Source: a bacterium (GTDB lineage Bacteria; Margulisbacteria; WOR-1; O2-12-FULL-45-9; XYB2-FULL-48-7). From it: a stretch of DNA of 29,896 nucleotides. Shown here piece after piece: positions 17,396 to 26,425 of this stretch (position 1 is its first letter; each line of letters opens with the position of its first letter). Both the position numbers and the translations under genes were made by a program. The DNA lies in assembly GCA_043812655.1 (NCBI GenBank), contig JBDRLW010000031.1, positions 1 through 29,896 of the forward strand, read 5' to 3'. The notes below the pieces were generated by a model. The model was not told where the DNA came from. It made no database searches and saw only the letters and a program-made list of their open reading frames with translations.

Positions 17396-17615
17396 TTCGG
17401 AACTTGTCCCGAGAGAAATCGAGGGATTCGTAATTGAACAGGGGTGGGGGTTGGCTTGCTGGTCGCCACGGCGCTGATCGGCGCTATTTTGGGGGCCTGG
17501 AGATAGGGAGCAAAGCATGCTTCGAAGCTATTAAACGCACTTCTCGCCCAAATGAAGCGTTTTGTTTAACGTGTTGATATCCTTATTAATTGCTTAGAAA
17601 ATTTAATAAAACATA

Positions 17616-18683
17616 ATGAGTAAATACGCTAATTCAATTTTTAAAGAATACTTACAAAAAACAGGCTTTACTTTCCAAGAGGTAGATTTGATGGGGCATT
17701 TAATTGGGAAGCGGCCCGACTACTTTGTTGATGTTGAAGATGCAACTGTCTATGTTGAAGTTAAGGAAATAGATGTTGAGGAATGGGAGAGGAAACAAGT
17801 TGATGTAAGAAATAAAATTGAGCGGGCTTTTACGGGAATTAATTATGGTTGTGGGTATTCTCCGTATGTTGATAGTCAAGTATGGCCAATTAATAAAGAA
17901 ATTGATTACTTTGCCGTATTTGTTAGAAGGGTTGAAGCGGAAAATATATTTACTGACTTGAGACCAGATTACTTGCTGATGCCGAAGTATGATCAGTGCC
18001 TTATTAGAGGTGGGCGTATTAAAGTGCTGTATATGCAGGATGCTGCGGGAGAGACCAAATATATTGCGGTCTGTCCAGAAACAAACGACTCAAAATACCC
18101 AATTCCGTTTGGCCACTTCGAGTCTAGAGAAATCGTAAATATCAAAATTGACGGGAATATAATAAACCCTTATGAAATATATTCTTGCCCGCCAATAATT
18201 ATATTTGAAAAAAACACAATGCCTTATTCTCATCTCTTGTCTATTTGCATAGGAGGGTCATTCAGTAAATCAGACCAAATAAGAAAAAAAATCGATAAGG
18301 CCTCAAGTAACTTGGGCAAATATAAGAATAAAGGGCCATGCGTGTTGGTGTTGTTTACAAAAAGCCTTGTTGGAATAGATGAATTTGAGTTGCTTAATGC
18401 AATTGCTGGCACAGGAAAAATTGTGTTCCCTGTTTCAAAAAATGGTCATAAGCCTGCGGATGATGAGGTTAGATTTATTAGGGAAAACGATGGGGCATTA
18501 AAGCCCTGGCAATATACAAGGTTTAGTGCCATAGCGATATTAATTGAAACCAGCCCCCCATCTTTATGTGTTTATCATAATCCCTTTGCAGAAAAGCCTT
18601 TAAGTATGAATATATTTAAGGGCGAGAGAGATGTGCAGTATTATTTTGACAAAAAAACAGGGGGGAAACTCATTTGGAAATAA
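17616..18683 (+). CDS. AT-rich hypothetical protein with PD-(D/E)xK nuclease-like motif
   Basis: KRPDYFV......VYVEVKEI near the N-terminus and C-terminal VYHNPFA. Visibly lower GC than the flanks. Confidence 0.65.
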   Translation: MSKYANSIFKEYLQKTGFTFQEVDLMGHLIGKRPDYFVDVEDATVYVEVKEIDVEEWERKQVDVRNKIERAFTGINYGCGYSPYVDSQVWPINKEIDYFAVFVRRVEAENIFTDLRPDYLLMPKYDQCLIRGGRIKVLYMQDAAGETKYIAVCPETNDSKYPIPFGHFESREIVNIKIDGNIINPYEIYSCPPIIIFEKNTMPYSHLLSICIGGSFSKSDQIRKKIDKASSNLGKYKNKGPCVLVLFTKSLVGIDEFELLNAIAGTGKIVFPVSKNGHKPADDEVRFIRENDGALKPWQYTRFSAIAILIETSPPSLCVYHNPFAEKPLSMNIFKGERDVQYYFDKKTGGKLIWK

Positions 18684-18738
18684 TGACAAAAGAAACGAGC
18701 CATTGTTAACTATGTTTCTTTGATAGACTTTTGCCTTT

Positions 18739-19131
18739 TTAGCTTTTATGGCCCTTTTCCCCGCAAAATAAGCAGAACGGGCGATGGACGCAGAGAGATT
18801 TGCCGCACTTTTTGCATTCCCACCTTATTTGCTCGCTTTTAACAAACTTCCTGACCCCGATCTTCTTGATCTTCTCCAGGTTCTCGATCATGCTCATTCC
18901 GTATTTCGTTCGGTACCGTTTGTCCAGATGTTTGAGCCGGGCGCAGGGGAAGATCTTACAAGTGAAACAGAAGCGTTTTTGATGGGAGCAATTCTTGATC
19001 CGGCAATGGAGGCAGGATTTGGACTTGCTACGGCTTTTTACCAGACAGCCGGGACAATTATTCTTCGCCCGCTGATAAGCGAGGCAGAGGGAGCAGTTCA
19101 TCCCGCAGGGGGCGATCAATTTGCTTAACAT
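18739..19131 (-). CDS. DUF3795-type Cys-rich protein
   Basis: APCGMNCSLC, CPGC, C.IKNC, CFTC..FPC and C-terminal CKKC...CLFC. ATG 19131 preferred over GTG 19140. Confidence 0.85.
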   Translation of the reverse strand: MLSKLIAPCGMNCSLCLAYQRAKNNCPGCLVKSRSKSKSCLHCRIKNCSHQKRFCFTCKIFPCARLKHLDKRYRTKYGMSMIENLEKIKKIGVRKFVKSEQIRWECKKCGKSLCVHRPFCLFCGEKGHKS

Positions 19132-19412
19132 TTTCCCCACTTATGCCGGGGATGGCGTTTGGCGTACTCTTTGGCCGTCTCTTTGGTGATCTCGTGCCAC
19201 GGCGCGCCGACGCGGGCGCCAACGATCGACGCTAAAGCGCAGCGGCAAAGGGTCGGATCACATTTCTTTAATAACGTTTCAAATACTTTAAACGGATCGC
19301 GTTTCAGGAAGTCGGTCTTACTCTTGATCCCAATCTTCCGGAGCTTGCCGGCGATCGTCTGGCCGATGTTTGGCAGCGATTCGAGCAAATCGTCGGTCGT
19401 ATTTTTAACCAT
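19125..19412 (-). CDS. TfoX C-terminal-like helix-hairpin-helix protein
   Basis: LESLPNIGQTIAGKLRKIGI...C.CALASIVGA..G..W pattern. Confidence 0.7.
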   Translation of the reverse strand: MVKNTTDDLLESLPNIGQTIAGKLRKIGIKSKTDFLKRDPFKVFETLLKKCDPTLCRCALASIVGARVGAPWHEITKETAKEYAKRHPRHKWGKC

Positions 19413-19418
19413 GACTTT

Positions 19419-19447
19419 ATTTTCCCACCGCCATCTTGGGGTGTCAA
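19419..19447 (-). promoter_or_regulatory. TTGACA-N17-GAAAAT promoter element (copy 2), leaderless
   Basis: TTGACA ccccaagatggcggtgg GAAAAT aaagtc ATG(19412). Confidence 0.7.
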
Positions 19448-19462
19448 CTGGGGGGGGGAACT

Positions 19463-19487
19463 AATAAACTCGAATTTCGAGTTTATT
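19463..19487. repeat. Perfect 12-bp inverted repeat (terminator or operator)
   Basis: AATAAACTCGAA-T-TTCGAGTTTATT, overlapping the stop codon at 19483. Confidence 0.65.
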
Positions 19488-19728
19488 CCCTACTTTCGTA
19501 CAAAAACAACGCTGTCAATAACATTGAGATTGAAGCGACTAAGAACAGGACAGACAAAAATATAGATGGAATGGAGAGGGGAATAAAATTGTCCCGAGCC
19601 AAGTCATAAATAACATAGATGCCAAAGGTGATGACAAAACCCCAACCGTAGAGCTTCTTTTTACCTAGGGCGAGCATTAGGCCGAGGATGAGAACGAGAG
19701 CTTCGATCGCGATCGAAATTAATTGCAT
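19483..19728 (-). CDS. Small membrane protein (3 TM)
   Basis: 81 aa, three hydrophobic segments, SD AAGGAGG. Confidence 0.75.
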   Translation of the reverse strand: MQLISIAIEALVLILGLMLALGKKKLYGWGFVITFGIYVIYDLARDNFIPLSIPSIFLSVLFLVASISMLLTALFLYESRE

Positions 19729-19758
19729 AGAAGGCCTCCTTAAACAATATAACCGCGG

Positions 19759-20127
19759 TTAAGCTTTTAACTTCCGACTCAAAATATACCCGACCGGGAT
19801 CGTCATCGCCGGCATAACGAGATAGCGCAGGCCGATCTCTTTAAAATATTGTAAATACGGCATCTTGGACAAGGGGAGGAGGGCGACAAAATCCAATAAC
19901 CAGTTGAGGACCAGCCAGACGAGGCCTAATTGGACCCCTTCCGACAAATAATTATTTTCTGCCTTCATAAAATATAACGCGACACAAACCGCGCCGGTCA
20001 ACCCGCCGATCACGATCATCAGCGTTTTAAAAAATATCGGATCGCTTTGCATTAAACCTAATAGCGGAATAGCGGAAACATAGGGGACGACCCAGGCGAT
20101 AAAACCGTAACCGATCTTTCTTAACAT
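19759..20127 (-). CDS. Membrane protein (4 TM), hypothetical
   Basis: 122 aa, four hydrophobic segments, SD AAGGAGG, upstream TTGAAA-N16-TATAAT. Confidence 0.8.
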   Translation of the reverse strand: MLRKIGYGFIAWVVPYVSAIPLLGLMQSDPIFFKTLMIVIGGLTGAVCVALYFMKAENNYLSEGVQLGLVWLVLNWLLDFVALLPLSKMPYLQYFKEIGLRYLVMPAMTIPVGYILSRKLKA

Positions 20128-20161
20128 GATATTAACCTCCTTATTTTATCCACATTATATC

Positions 20162-21145
20162 TCAGTGTTTCTGTTTTTCAAGATACCGCTGGTGATACTC
20201 TTCAGCTTTGAAGAATTGGCTGGCTGGAACTATCTGGGTCACGATCGGCTTCTTATATTTGCCCGACTTTGCCAGCCTTGCCTTTGAATTTATTGCCGCC
20301 TTCTTCTGTGCCTCATTGTAATAAAAAATAACGGAGCGGTATTGCTCGCCAATGTCTGCCCCCTGGCCGTTTAACTGCGTTGGATCGTGGATCTGCCAGA
20401 AGATATCGAGGAGTTTATCATAGCTGATGACTTTTGGGTTAAACTTGAGATGGACCACTTCAGCGTGGCTGGTATTGGTCCGGCAAACCTGTTCATACGA
20501 CGGGTCAGGGACAGTGCCGCCGGCAAAACCGACCGCGGTATCAACCACGCCTTTAACTTTGCGGAATTTTTCCTCAACATGCCAGAAACAACCGCCGCCA
20601 AACGTGGCTTGAAGGAGTCCATCGCCTTTTAACGGAACAAACTTTAGCGCGACTCCATTAATGCAATACCGCTGGCCGGTTGGGGGCGGGCCGTCATTAA
20701 AGACGTGGCCGAGATGAGAGCCGCAGCGGGCGCATTCGATCGCGGTCCGCTCCAGGCCCAGGCTGTGGTCGTCTTTTTTGACAATATTAAGTTCAGAAAC
20801 CGGTTGGTAATAACTTGGCCAACCGGTGCCAGATTCAAACTTGGTGCCGGAGCGGAAGAGATCGGTCCCGCAACGGACGCACTTGTAAATTCCGTCTTCT
20901 TTCACTTTCTCAAAGCCGCAAGTAAATGGCCGTTCCGTTCCCTGTCGAGCGGTGATGTCATATTGTTCCGGGGTTAAGATCTTTTTCCACTCGGAGTCAC
21001 TCTTGATGATCCGGTCAACCAAGACCACCTTCCCTAGCCTAGCGTCAAAAATCTGAACCTTGTCAGGTTGCGCGGTCTTAGTTTGAGCCATCACGATCAC
21101 CCCCGTTAATAAGACAAATACGGCAAACAAGTGTTTTTTCTTCAT
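20162..21145 (-). CDS. msrAB: Exported bifunctional methionine sulfoxide reductase MsrB-MsrA
   Basis: MsrB: GTERPF, CVRC/CARC, SGTGWPS, HLGHVF, RYCING. MsrA: GGCFW, HAEVV, HDPT, AEEYHQRY. N-terminal signal peptide. Confidence 0.95.
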   Translation of the reverse strand: MKKKHLFAVFVLLTGVIVMAQTKTAQPDKVQIFDARLGKVVLVDRIIKSDSEWKKILTPEQYDITARQGTERPFTCGFEKVKEDGIYKCVRCGTDLFRSGTKFESGTGWPSYYQPVSELNIVKKDDHSLGLERTAIECARCGSHLGHVFNDGPPPTGQRYCINGVALKFVPLKGDGLLQATFGGGCFWHVEEKFRKVKGVVDTAVGFAGGTVPDPSYEQVCRTNTSHAEVVHLKFNPKVISYDKLLDIFWQIHDPTQLNGQGADIGEQYRSVIFYYNEAQKKAAINSKARLAKSGKYKKPIVTQIVPASQFFKAEEYHQRYLEKQKH

Positions 21146-21152
21146 CGACGAT

Positions 21153-21181
21153 ATTTTCCCACCGCCTTCATACTATGTCAA
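21153..21181 (-). promoter_or_regulatory. TTGACA-N17-GAAAAT promoter element (copy 3), leaderless
   Basis: TTGACA tagtatgaaggcggtgg GAAAAT atcgtcg ATG(21145). Confidence 0.7.
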
Positions 21182-21274
21182 ATTCGAATTGTAATTTAGA
21201 TGTTTATAATTTATGATTTGTTTGGCCTTTAGAGTTTAGGCTTTATCTTTTATTGTAAAAAGGAGGTGGATTAC

Positions 21275-21475
21275 ATGCCCAACAATATGCACATCATTGA
21301 CCGGACGCTGCGGGTTATCGTGGCTGTATTGATAGTGGTTTTTTATTCGATGGGACAGATCTCTGGTTTAGCGGCCATTATTTTAGGGCTGGTAGCGGTT
21401 ATTTTTTTAGTTACCAGCATTATCGGTTATTGCCCGCTGTATCAATTAGTGGGGATATCGACCAAAGGGAAATAG
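21275..21475 (+). CDS. DUF2892 (YgaP-like) small membrane protein
   Basis: NM...DR..R, two TM helices, GYCPLY..GIST. ATG 21275 follows SD AAGGAGG. Confidence 0.9.
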   Translation: MPNNMHIIDRTLRVIVAVLIVVFYSMGQISGLAAIILGLVAVIFLVTSIIGYCPLYQLVGISTKGK

Positions 21476-21500
21476 AAAAAGTAGGCATCTAAGGAGGCAG

Positions 21501-22586
21501 ATGATGAAGTTTAATAAGGTTTTACTTGGCTTGTTAGTTTGTGCTTTTCTGGTTTCAACCGTTTCGGCCTGCACCGTGTTCAAGGTTACCGCCAAGGATG
21601 GGACGATCATTTCTCCGCGGACGATGGAATTTGGCACGGACCTAAGATCAGCGCTTGATGTTGTGCCGCGGGGGATGGAATTTTCCAGCCCGGCGCCGGA
21701 TAACAAACCGGGACTTAAATGGAACGTGAAATACGGCTATGTCGGTATTGATGCCTTTGGCCAATTTGGCATGGCGTTAGATGGTTTGAATGAAGCTGGA
21801 CTGGCGTATAGCGCCCTCTGGTATGAGCCGGACACCAAGTGGCAAGAGGTCGGGCCTAACGAGGACAGCCAAGCATTGGCTCATATCCTGCTTGGTCCCT
21901 GGATCCTGGGGAATTTTGCCACCGTGGGAGAGGTCAGAGAAGGTTTAAAAAATATAAAAGTTTGGGGCGCGCTGATTCCTGAAATGGGGATGGCCCCGCC
22001 ATTGCATACCGCGGTCTATGACGCGCAAGGCGGCTGTATCGTGGTTGAATTTGATAACGGCCAGATGAATGTATATGATAATCCTCTCGGCGTTATGACC
22101 AACTCGCCTAATTTCCCCTGGCAGGTCACTAATTTGCGCAACTATGTGAACATGTCGCCGGAGCCGGCGCAGCCGCATAATTATCCCGGCCTGAATATAA
22201 GACAAACCGGGACCGGCAGCGGTATGCTTGGCTTGCCGGGCGATATTACTCCGCCGAGCCGTTTTGTTAGGATCGCGGTTTTAACAAACTTTGCGGATAA
22301 AGCTGCCAGCGCCAAAGACGCCCTTAACTTGAGCCGGCATATCATGAACAATGTCGATATTGTTAAAGGCACAGTGATTGGTAGGGATAAGAAGGGAAAA
22401 ATCATTAGCAGTGAAACCACCCAGTGGACAAGCTTCCGCGACCTGACCAATAAGGTTTATTATTTCAACACCTACGACAATTTAACTTTAAGAAAGATCG
22501 ATCTGAGCCGGCTTGAATTTAAGACACCCAAATCGATCGCTTTGAGTAGCGATGAAGAGATGATCATTGATAAAACTGACGGTTAA
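21501..22586 (+). CDS. Choloylglycine hydrolase / penicillin V acylase family (C59 Ntn-hydrolase), exported
   Basis: Signal peptide then CTVF, RTMEFG, DGLNEAGL, VMTNSP, NLRNY and GLPGDITPPSRFVR. Confidence 0.92.
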   Translation: MMKFNKVLLGLLVCAFLVSTVSACTVFKVTAKDGTIISPRTMEFGTDLRSALDVVPRGMEFSSPAPDNKPGLKWNVKYGYVGIDAFGQFGMALDGLNEAGLAYSALWYEPDTKWQEVGPNEDSQALAHILLGPWILGNFATVGEVREGLKNIKVWGALIPEMGMAPPLHTAVYDAQGGCIVVEFDNGQMNVYDNPLGVMTNSPNFPWQVTNLRNYVNMSPEPAQPHNYPGLNIRQTGTGSGMLGLPGDITPPSRFVRIAVLTNFADKAASAKDALNLSRHIMNNVDIVKGTVIGRDKKGKIISSETTQWTSFRDLTNKVYYFNTYDNLTLRKIDLSRLEFKTPKSIALSSDEEMIIDKTDG

Positions 22587-22648
22587 TGAAATACACTAGG
22601 GCCGGCCGGCTTGTCGTTAACTACTAAATGTTCAATAAGGAGCCTAAA

Positions 22649-23836
22649 ATGTTATTAAAAAAACCTGCGTTAGTATTCCTCTTGTTTTTTTTCTTTTCAA
22701 TTACCCTTTTACTGCCGGTGGTGGCGGCCGAGCTAAAATTTGTTTCGGAGTACGAAGGTGGCAAATTATATAAAGCGGACAAGATCAATGTGATCGTGCT
22801 GCGCGGCAATTACCGGGAGATGGGGCGGCAGGAGGGGATGTTGCTCAAGGACCAGCTAGCGCAGATGTATAAAGTTTCAATTGAAGAGATTTACATCAAA
22901 AAATTAGGAGTAAAGCTTACGGATATTACTGCTCTCTCCAGAATGATCTTTGCCTTATATCCCAAACGCTTTCAAGACATTATTTACGGCATGGCCGAGA
23001 CTTCTGGCCTGGAGCTTGACCAATTACTGGCGCTTGATCAGCTCAATGTTTTGCCCATGGTCGCCGAAACAGCTGTCCATTGTTCGGCCATCGTTGCCTG
23101 GGGAGAGTATACTGGCGGCGGGCCGCTGGTTTTCGGCCGGAACTTTGATTATCCGGAATACTATGAAAAATTCAACCCCTATCTTACCTTGGTCGTTTAC
23201 CAGCCGGATGACGCGGTGCCGACCGCGGTCATTGGTTATCCTGGCGGCGTGTCAGCCATGCATGGGTTAAATAAAGAAGGTTTATTCTTGGAACTTAACG
23301 ACGGGACCGCGTCGGGCGGGACTGAATCGGTAGACAACCGGATACCGCCGCTACTTTTTGTCACCAGCTTTTTATTCGATTCTTCGAACCTGGTGCAGCT
23401 GAATGCGGCGCTCAATACGATCCGCGTCGGCGTGGCCGGGATCTTGACTGCCGCGGACAGAAATACCGCTTTCGCATATGAATGTTCGATCAATGATACT
23501 AAAAAAAGATTGCCGGATAAGGACGGCTTGCTGGTCGAGACCAATCATTTTGTCAATCCGGCCTGGAAGATGGCGCCGACCGAAGGCGGGGAAACGCGGT
23601 CTTACACCCGCTATAAAAATTTGTTGGCTCTGGGGGATAAACACAAAGGCAAGGTCAACGCGCAAGTGATGCGGCAAATACTCGACACAAATATTAACCA
23701 AGGCGGCGCTACCAGGCCGAATATAGCGATCCAGCAGTTAGTTGTTGTCCCAGCCGAGCTTAAAATATGGATCAAAGCGCTCGGCAACCCGACATGGACG
23801 GAACTCGACCTAAGACCGTTATTGGAAAATAAGTGA
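22649..23836 (+). CDS. C45 family autoproteolytic acyltransferase/hydrolase (Ntn), exported
   Basis: G..REMG.Q.G, HCSAI nucleophile, GRNFDY, GLNKEGL and TNHF. ATG 22649 follows SD AAGGAG. Confidence 0.88.
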   Translation: MLLKKPALVFLLFFFFSITLLLPVVAAELKFVSEYEGGKLYKADKINVIVLRGNYREMGRQEGMLLKDQLAQMYKVSIEEIYIKKLGVKLTDITALSRMIFALYPKRFQDIIYGMAETSGLELDQLLALDQLNVLPMVAETAVHCSAIVAWGEYTGGGPLVFGRNFDYPEYYEKFNPYLTLVVYQPDDAVPTAVIGYPGGVSAMHGLNKEGLFLELNDGTASGGTESVDNRIPPLLFVTSFLFDSSNLVQLNAALNTIRVGVAGILTAADRNTAFAYECSINDTKKRLPDKDGLLVETNHFVNPAWKMAPTEGGETRSYTRYKNLLALGDKHKGKVNAQVMRQILDTNINQGGATRPNIAIQQLVVVPAELKIWIKALGNPTWTELDLRPLLENK

Positions 23837-23840
23837 CCTG

Positions 23841-24914
23841 CTACTGCCGCGAGCCGACGAACGAAACCCGGCGGAAACTCGCGTTGACCGGCGTTGTCGC
23901 CCGCTGCCAGGTCACCCCTTTATCGGTTGAACGGAGGATCGTCCCGATCTGCGCCTGCGGCGAATTGAACCAGGTGCCGGCTGTCCAGAGATGGTCAGTG
24001 TCGGTTGCCGCCACCGTCAGCAGGGCATAACCGACCCCTTCGCTGGTCGGAATGTTGATCCGGTCATAGGTTTGGCCGCCGTCACTGGTAAAGCACATCA
24101 AGTCATCATCAACCGCCGTCCAGGCAGTGTCTTTTCCCAGAGCAATGATCCCGTTGTAATGGATCAGGGAATGGCCCGTTTCGGTGGTGGACCAGGTTGT
24201 CCCGCTATCGACGGTGCGGATCACTTTACCATCCGTGCCGCAGGCCCAGCAAGTAGCGGCGTCATAAGCCGAAACATCAATTAAAGCCCACGGCAAGACC
24301 TCTTTTGTCCCTTCTCGGGTCCAAGTCGTCCCGCCGTCGGTAGTGTGCAGAATAATACTATAGCCATTTTGATTATCGCCGATGATCCAGGCATTATTGG
24401 CGTCAACCGCGGAGACAGCGGATAAATTAGCGGTGATGCCGGCGGCTTCCTGGGATACCCAGGTTGTTCCGCCATTAATTGTTTTTAAAATCGTTCCGCT
24501 AAAGCCTACCACCCAGTAAGTTTGGGTATTGACCGCGCCGATACCGGCCATTTCCACATTGGGGATCGTCGCGCTGGTCCCCAGGCGCTGCCAGGTCGCG
24601 CCGCCGTCGGTGGTTTTCAAGATCAAGCCGTATCCGCCGCTTGGCATGCCGGTCGCTAGGGCGGTCAATTTATCGATTGCCCGGACTTCGGGGAGGTTTA
24701 CGTCGGGAAGCTCGCTGCTGCCGACCCTGGTCCATGTAACCCCTGCGTCAATGGTCTTGAGGATCACGCCGTGGCCGTCCCCAACCGAATTGCAGCCGAC
24801 ATAACCGACCAAGCCGGCTCCCGTATCTTCAGAACTCGGCAGAAAAAGAGCGCAGCCAATAAGCGCGCCGGAAAATAGGACAATAGCCAATAATATAAAT
24901 AACGTTTTTTTTAT
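23841..24914 (-). CDS. YCF48/BNR-repeat beta-propeller lipoprotein (apparent ATA start)
   Basis: About seven (K/H/R)T.DGG.TW Asp-box repeats. Lipoprotein signal KKTLFILLAIVLFSGALIGC. SD GGAGG 6 nt before ATA at 24914. Confidence 0.8.
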   Translation of the reverse strand: MKKTLFILLAIVLFSGALIGCALFLPSSEDTGAGLVGYVGCNSVGDGHGVILKTIDAGVTWTRVGSSELPDVNLPEVRAIDKLTALATGMPSGGYGLILKTTDGGATWQRLGTSATIPNVEMAGIGAVNTQTYWVVGFSGTILKTINGGTTWVSQEAAGITANLSAVSAVDANNAWIIGDNQNGYSIILHTTDGGTTWTREGTKEVLPWALIDVSAYDAATCWACGTDGKVIRTVDSGTTWSTTETGHSLIHYNGIIALGKDTAWTAVDDDLMCFTSDGGQTYDRINIPTSEGVGYALLTVAATDTDHLWTAGTWFNSPQAQIGTILRSTDKGVTWQRATTPVNASFRRVSFVGSRQ

Positions 24915-24958
24915 ATTAAACCTCCATTTGGTAATTATATTGCATCTTAACCTAAAAT

Positions 24959-25477
24959 TTATTGCTTTGCTTTGCCAAACAACTTCTCGGCTGGACAACC
25001 GAGCTCGCGTTGTTTGCAGTTGGGGCAGAGTAAACAACTACGCATAAGACCGGTGACAGGCAAAGCCAGAATAACGATAACAAAGGCCAAGCCCAGAGTT
25101 AGAAAATTGAAATGGAAGAATAAATAAATTATCCCTCCCAGCAAGGGGATAAGAAGAACCAGGAAATCAGGCATAAGCTCTTTCCAGCCGATCGCTTTTT
25201 CCAGGAAAATTCTGGGGTCGCCTTTTTTGAAGAAAAACGGGGAGATCTTTCCTTTGCCTGGACCGCAAAGCTTGCCGTAATAATAACAATAGCGGCAAGA
25301 CATTTTCAGGACGCGGTACTCGGCCCAGCCGCAGAAGAGAACGTAAGCGAGAACGGCGATCGGCCCAAAGCCGGATAATAGGATAGCGCCGATAGTGTAG
25401 ATCGCCAGGGACAGTATAATATTGAGCGCCGGGATCCAGAGGGGATAATTATCGTAACTGGTTTGTTTATTAATCAT
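24959..25477 (-). CDS. Membrane protein with two Cys clusters
   Basis: Four TM segments, CRYCYYYGKLC and CPNCKQRELGCP motifs. Confidence 0.8.
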   Translation of the reverse strand: MINKQTSYDNYPLWIPALNIILSLAIYTIGAILLSGFGPIAVLAYVLFCGWAEYRVLKMSCRYCYYYGKLCGPGKGKISPFFFKKGDPRIFLEKAIGWKELMPDFLVLLIPLLGGIIYLFFHFNFLTLGLAFVIVILALPVTGLMRSCLLCPNCKQRELGCPAEKLFGKAKQ

Positions 25478-25492
25478 GTTTTACCCGTTCCT

Positions 25493-25990
25493 TTAACTGA
25501 CCTGTGCGAACGCCACGCCGTAATTATGCCCGTAACTTTTAGCACACTTGGGGCAGTAAGTGAAATAAAAATAATATTTTTTGGCGCTTTGGTTTTGGGT
25601 TTTTAAGAATTCATCCATTTCTTTGATCCATTGCGGAACCGCGTTATAGGGGCCGTCAAAGACCTTGCTGATGAACGTGCCTGACAGTTTAACATTATCG
25701 GCGCCCGGGACTGCTTTGGTCACGGTCAGGTAGAATTCAGATTTGAATGGGGTTGGGTCATAGGCTAACAAAAGAAAATCCTTCATTTCCGGAGCCGCGC
25801 TTGCTTCCCGCGCCATTTTCCACATTTTCTCTACCAATTTGCCGACCATGGGTGGCCAGGGAAGGTGAAAAAAAGCCGGGATCGACCCTTTGATGAATGG
25901 CTTGTCTTTCCAGACGTGGGTTTTTTCCTGCCAGGGGACAGTATTGAATTCAGGGCAGCAGTGGCCGGAGCTGTCTTTTTGATGTGTCAT
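25493..25990 (-). CDS. Conserved hypothetical protein (GyrI-like 'hydrolase'-annotated family)
   Basis: CCPEF...W, SKVFDGPY and YFTYCPKCAKSYGHNY. SD AGGAGG. Confidence 0.75.
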   Translation of the reverse strand: MTHQKDSSGHCCPEFNTVPWQEKTHVWKDKPFIKGSIPAFFHLPWPPMVGKLVEKMWKMAREASAAPEMKDFLLLAYDPTPFKSEFYLTVTKAVPGADNVKLSGTFISKVFDGPYNAVPQWIKEMDEFLKTQNQSAKKYYFYFTYCPKCAKSYGHNYGVAFAQVS

Positions 25991-26011
25991 GCTTATTACC
26001 TCCTAAATTTA

Positions 26012-26425
26012 TTAATCGATCTCGTTTGGCGATACTTTACGCCGCTGTTTTAAGGCGGACCGCTTTTTCTTTTCCCCCAGCATTTTTTCCTTGGCTCTTT
26101 TTGATCGTTTCCGCTTTTGCCGCCTGATCTTTTCGATCGCCTGCCGCTTTTGGTTTTTTATTCCCAGCAAGCGGCCTTCGATTTTTTCTAATAGCAATCG
26201 CCAGGCGAGAAAACGGTTCAAGGCTTGTGAGCGTTCCCGCTGCATTTTGATCTCGATTCCGGTGGGAAGATGTTTTAAGTAAACCGCGGTGGAAACTTTA
26301 TTGACGTTCTGCCCGCCGGCTCCCGAGGAGCGGAGGAACTTTTCGACCACATCTTCTTTCCTAATGCCTCGGGTCTTCAGGCGGTTTTCCAGCTCGACTA
26401 TTTTTTGGGGGGTTATACGAGACAT
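26012..26425 (-). CDS. Stand-alone GGQ peptide chain release factor-like protein (ArfB/mtRF-R-like ribosome rescue factor)
   Basis: FLRSSGAGGQNVNKVSTAV.LKHLPTGI..K.Q.ERSQ.LNR with a highly basic C-terminal tail. No codon-recognition domains. Confidence 0.88.
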   Translation of the reverse strand: MSRITPQKIVELENRLKTRGIRKEDVVEKFLRSSGAGGQNVNKVSTAVYLKHLPTGIEIKMQRERSQALNRFLAWRLLLEKIEGRLLGIKNQKRQAIEKIRRQKRKRSKRAKEKMLGEKKKRSALKQRRKVSPNEID

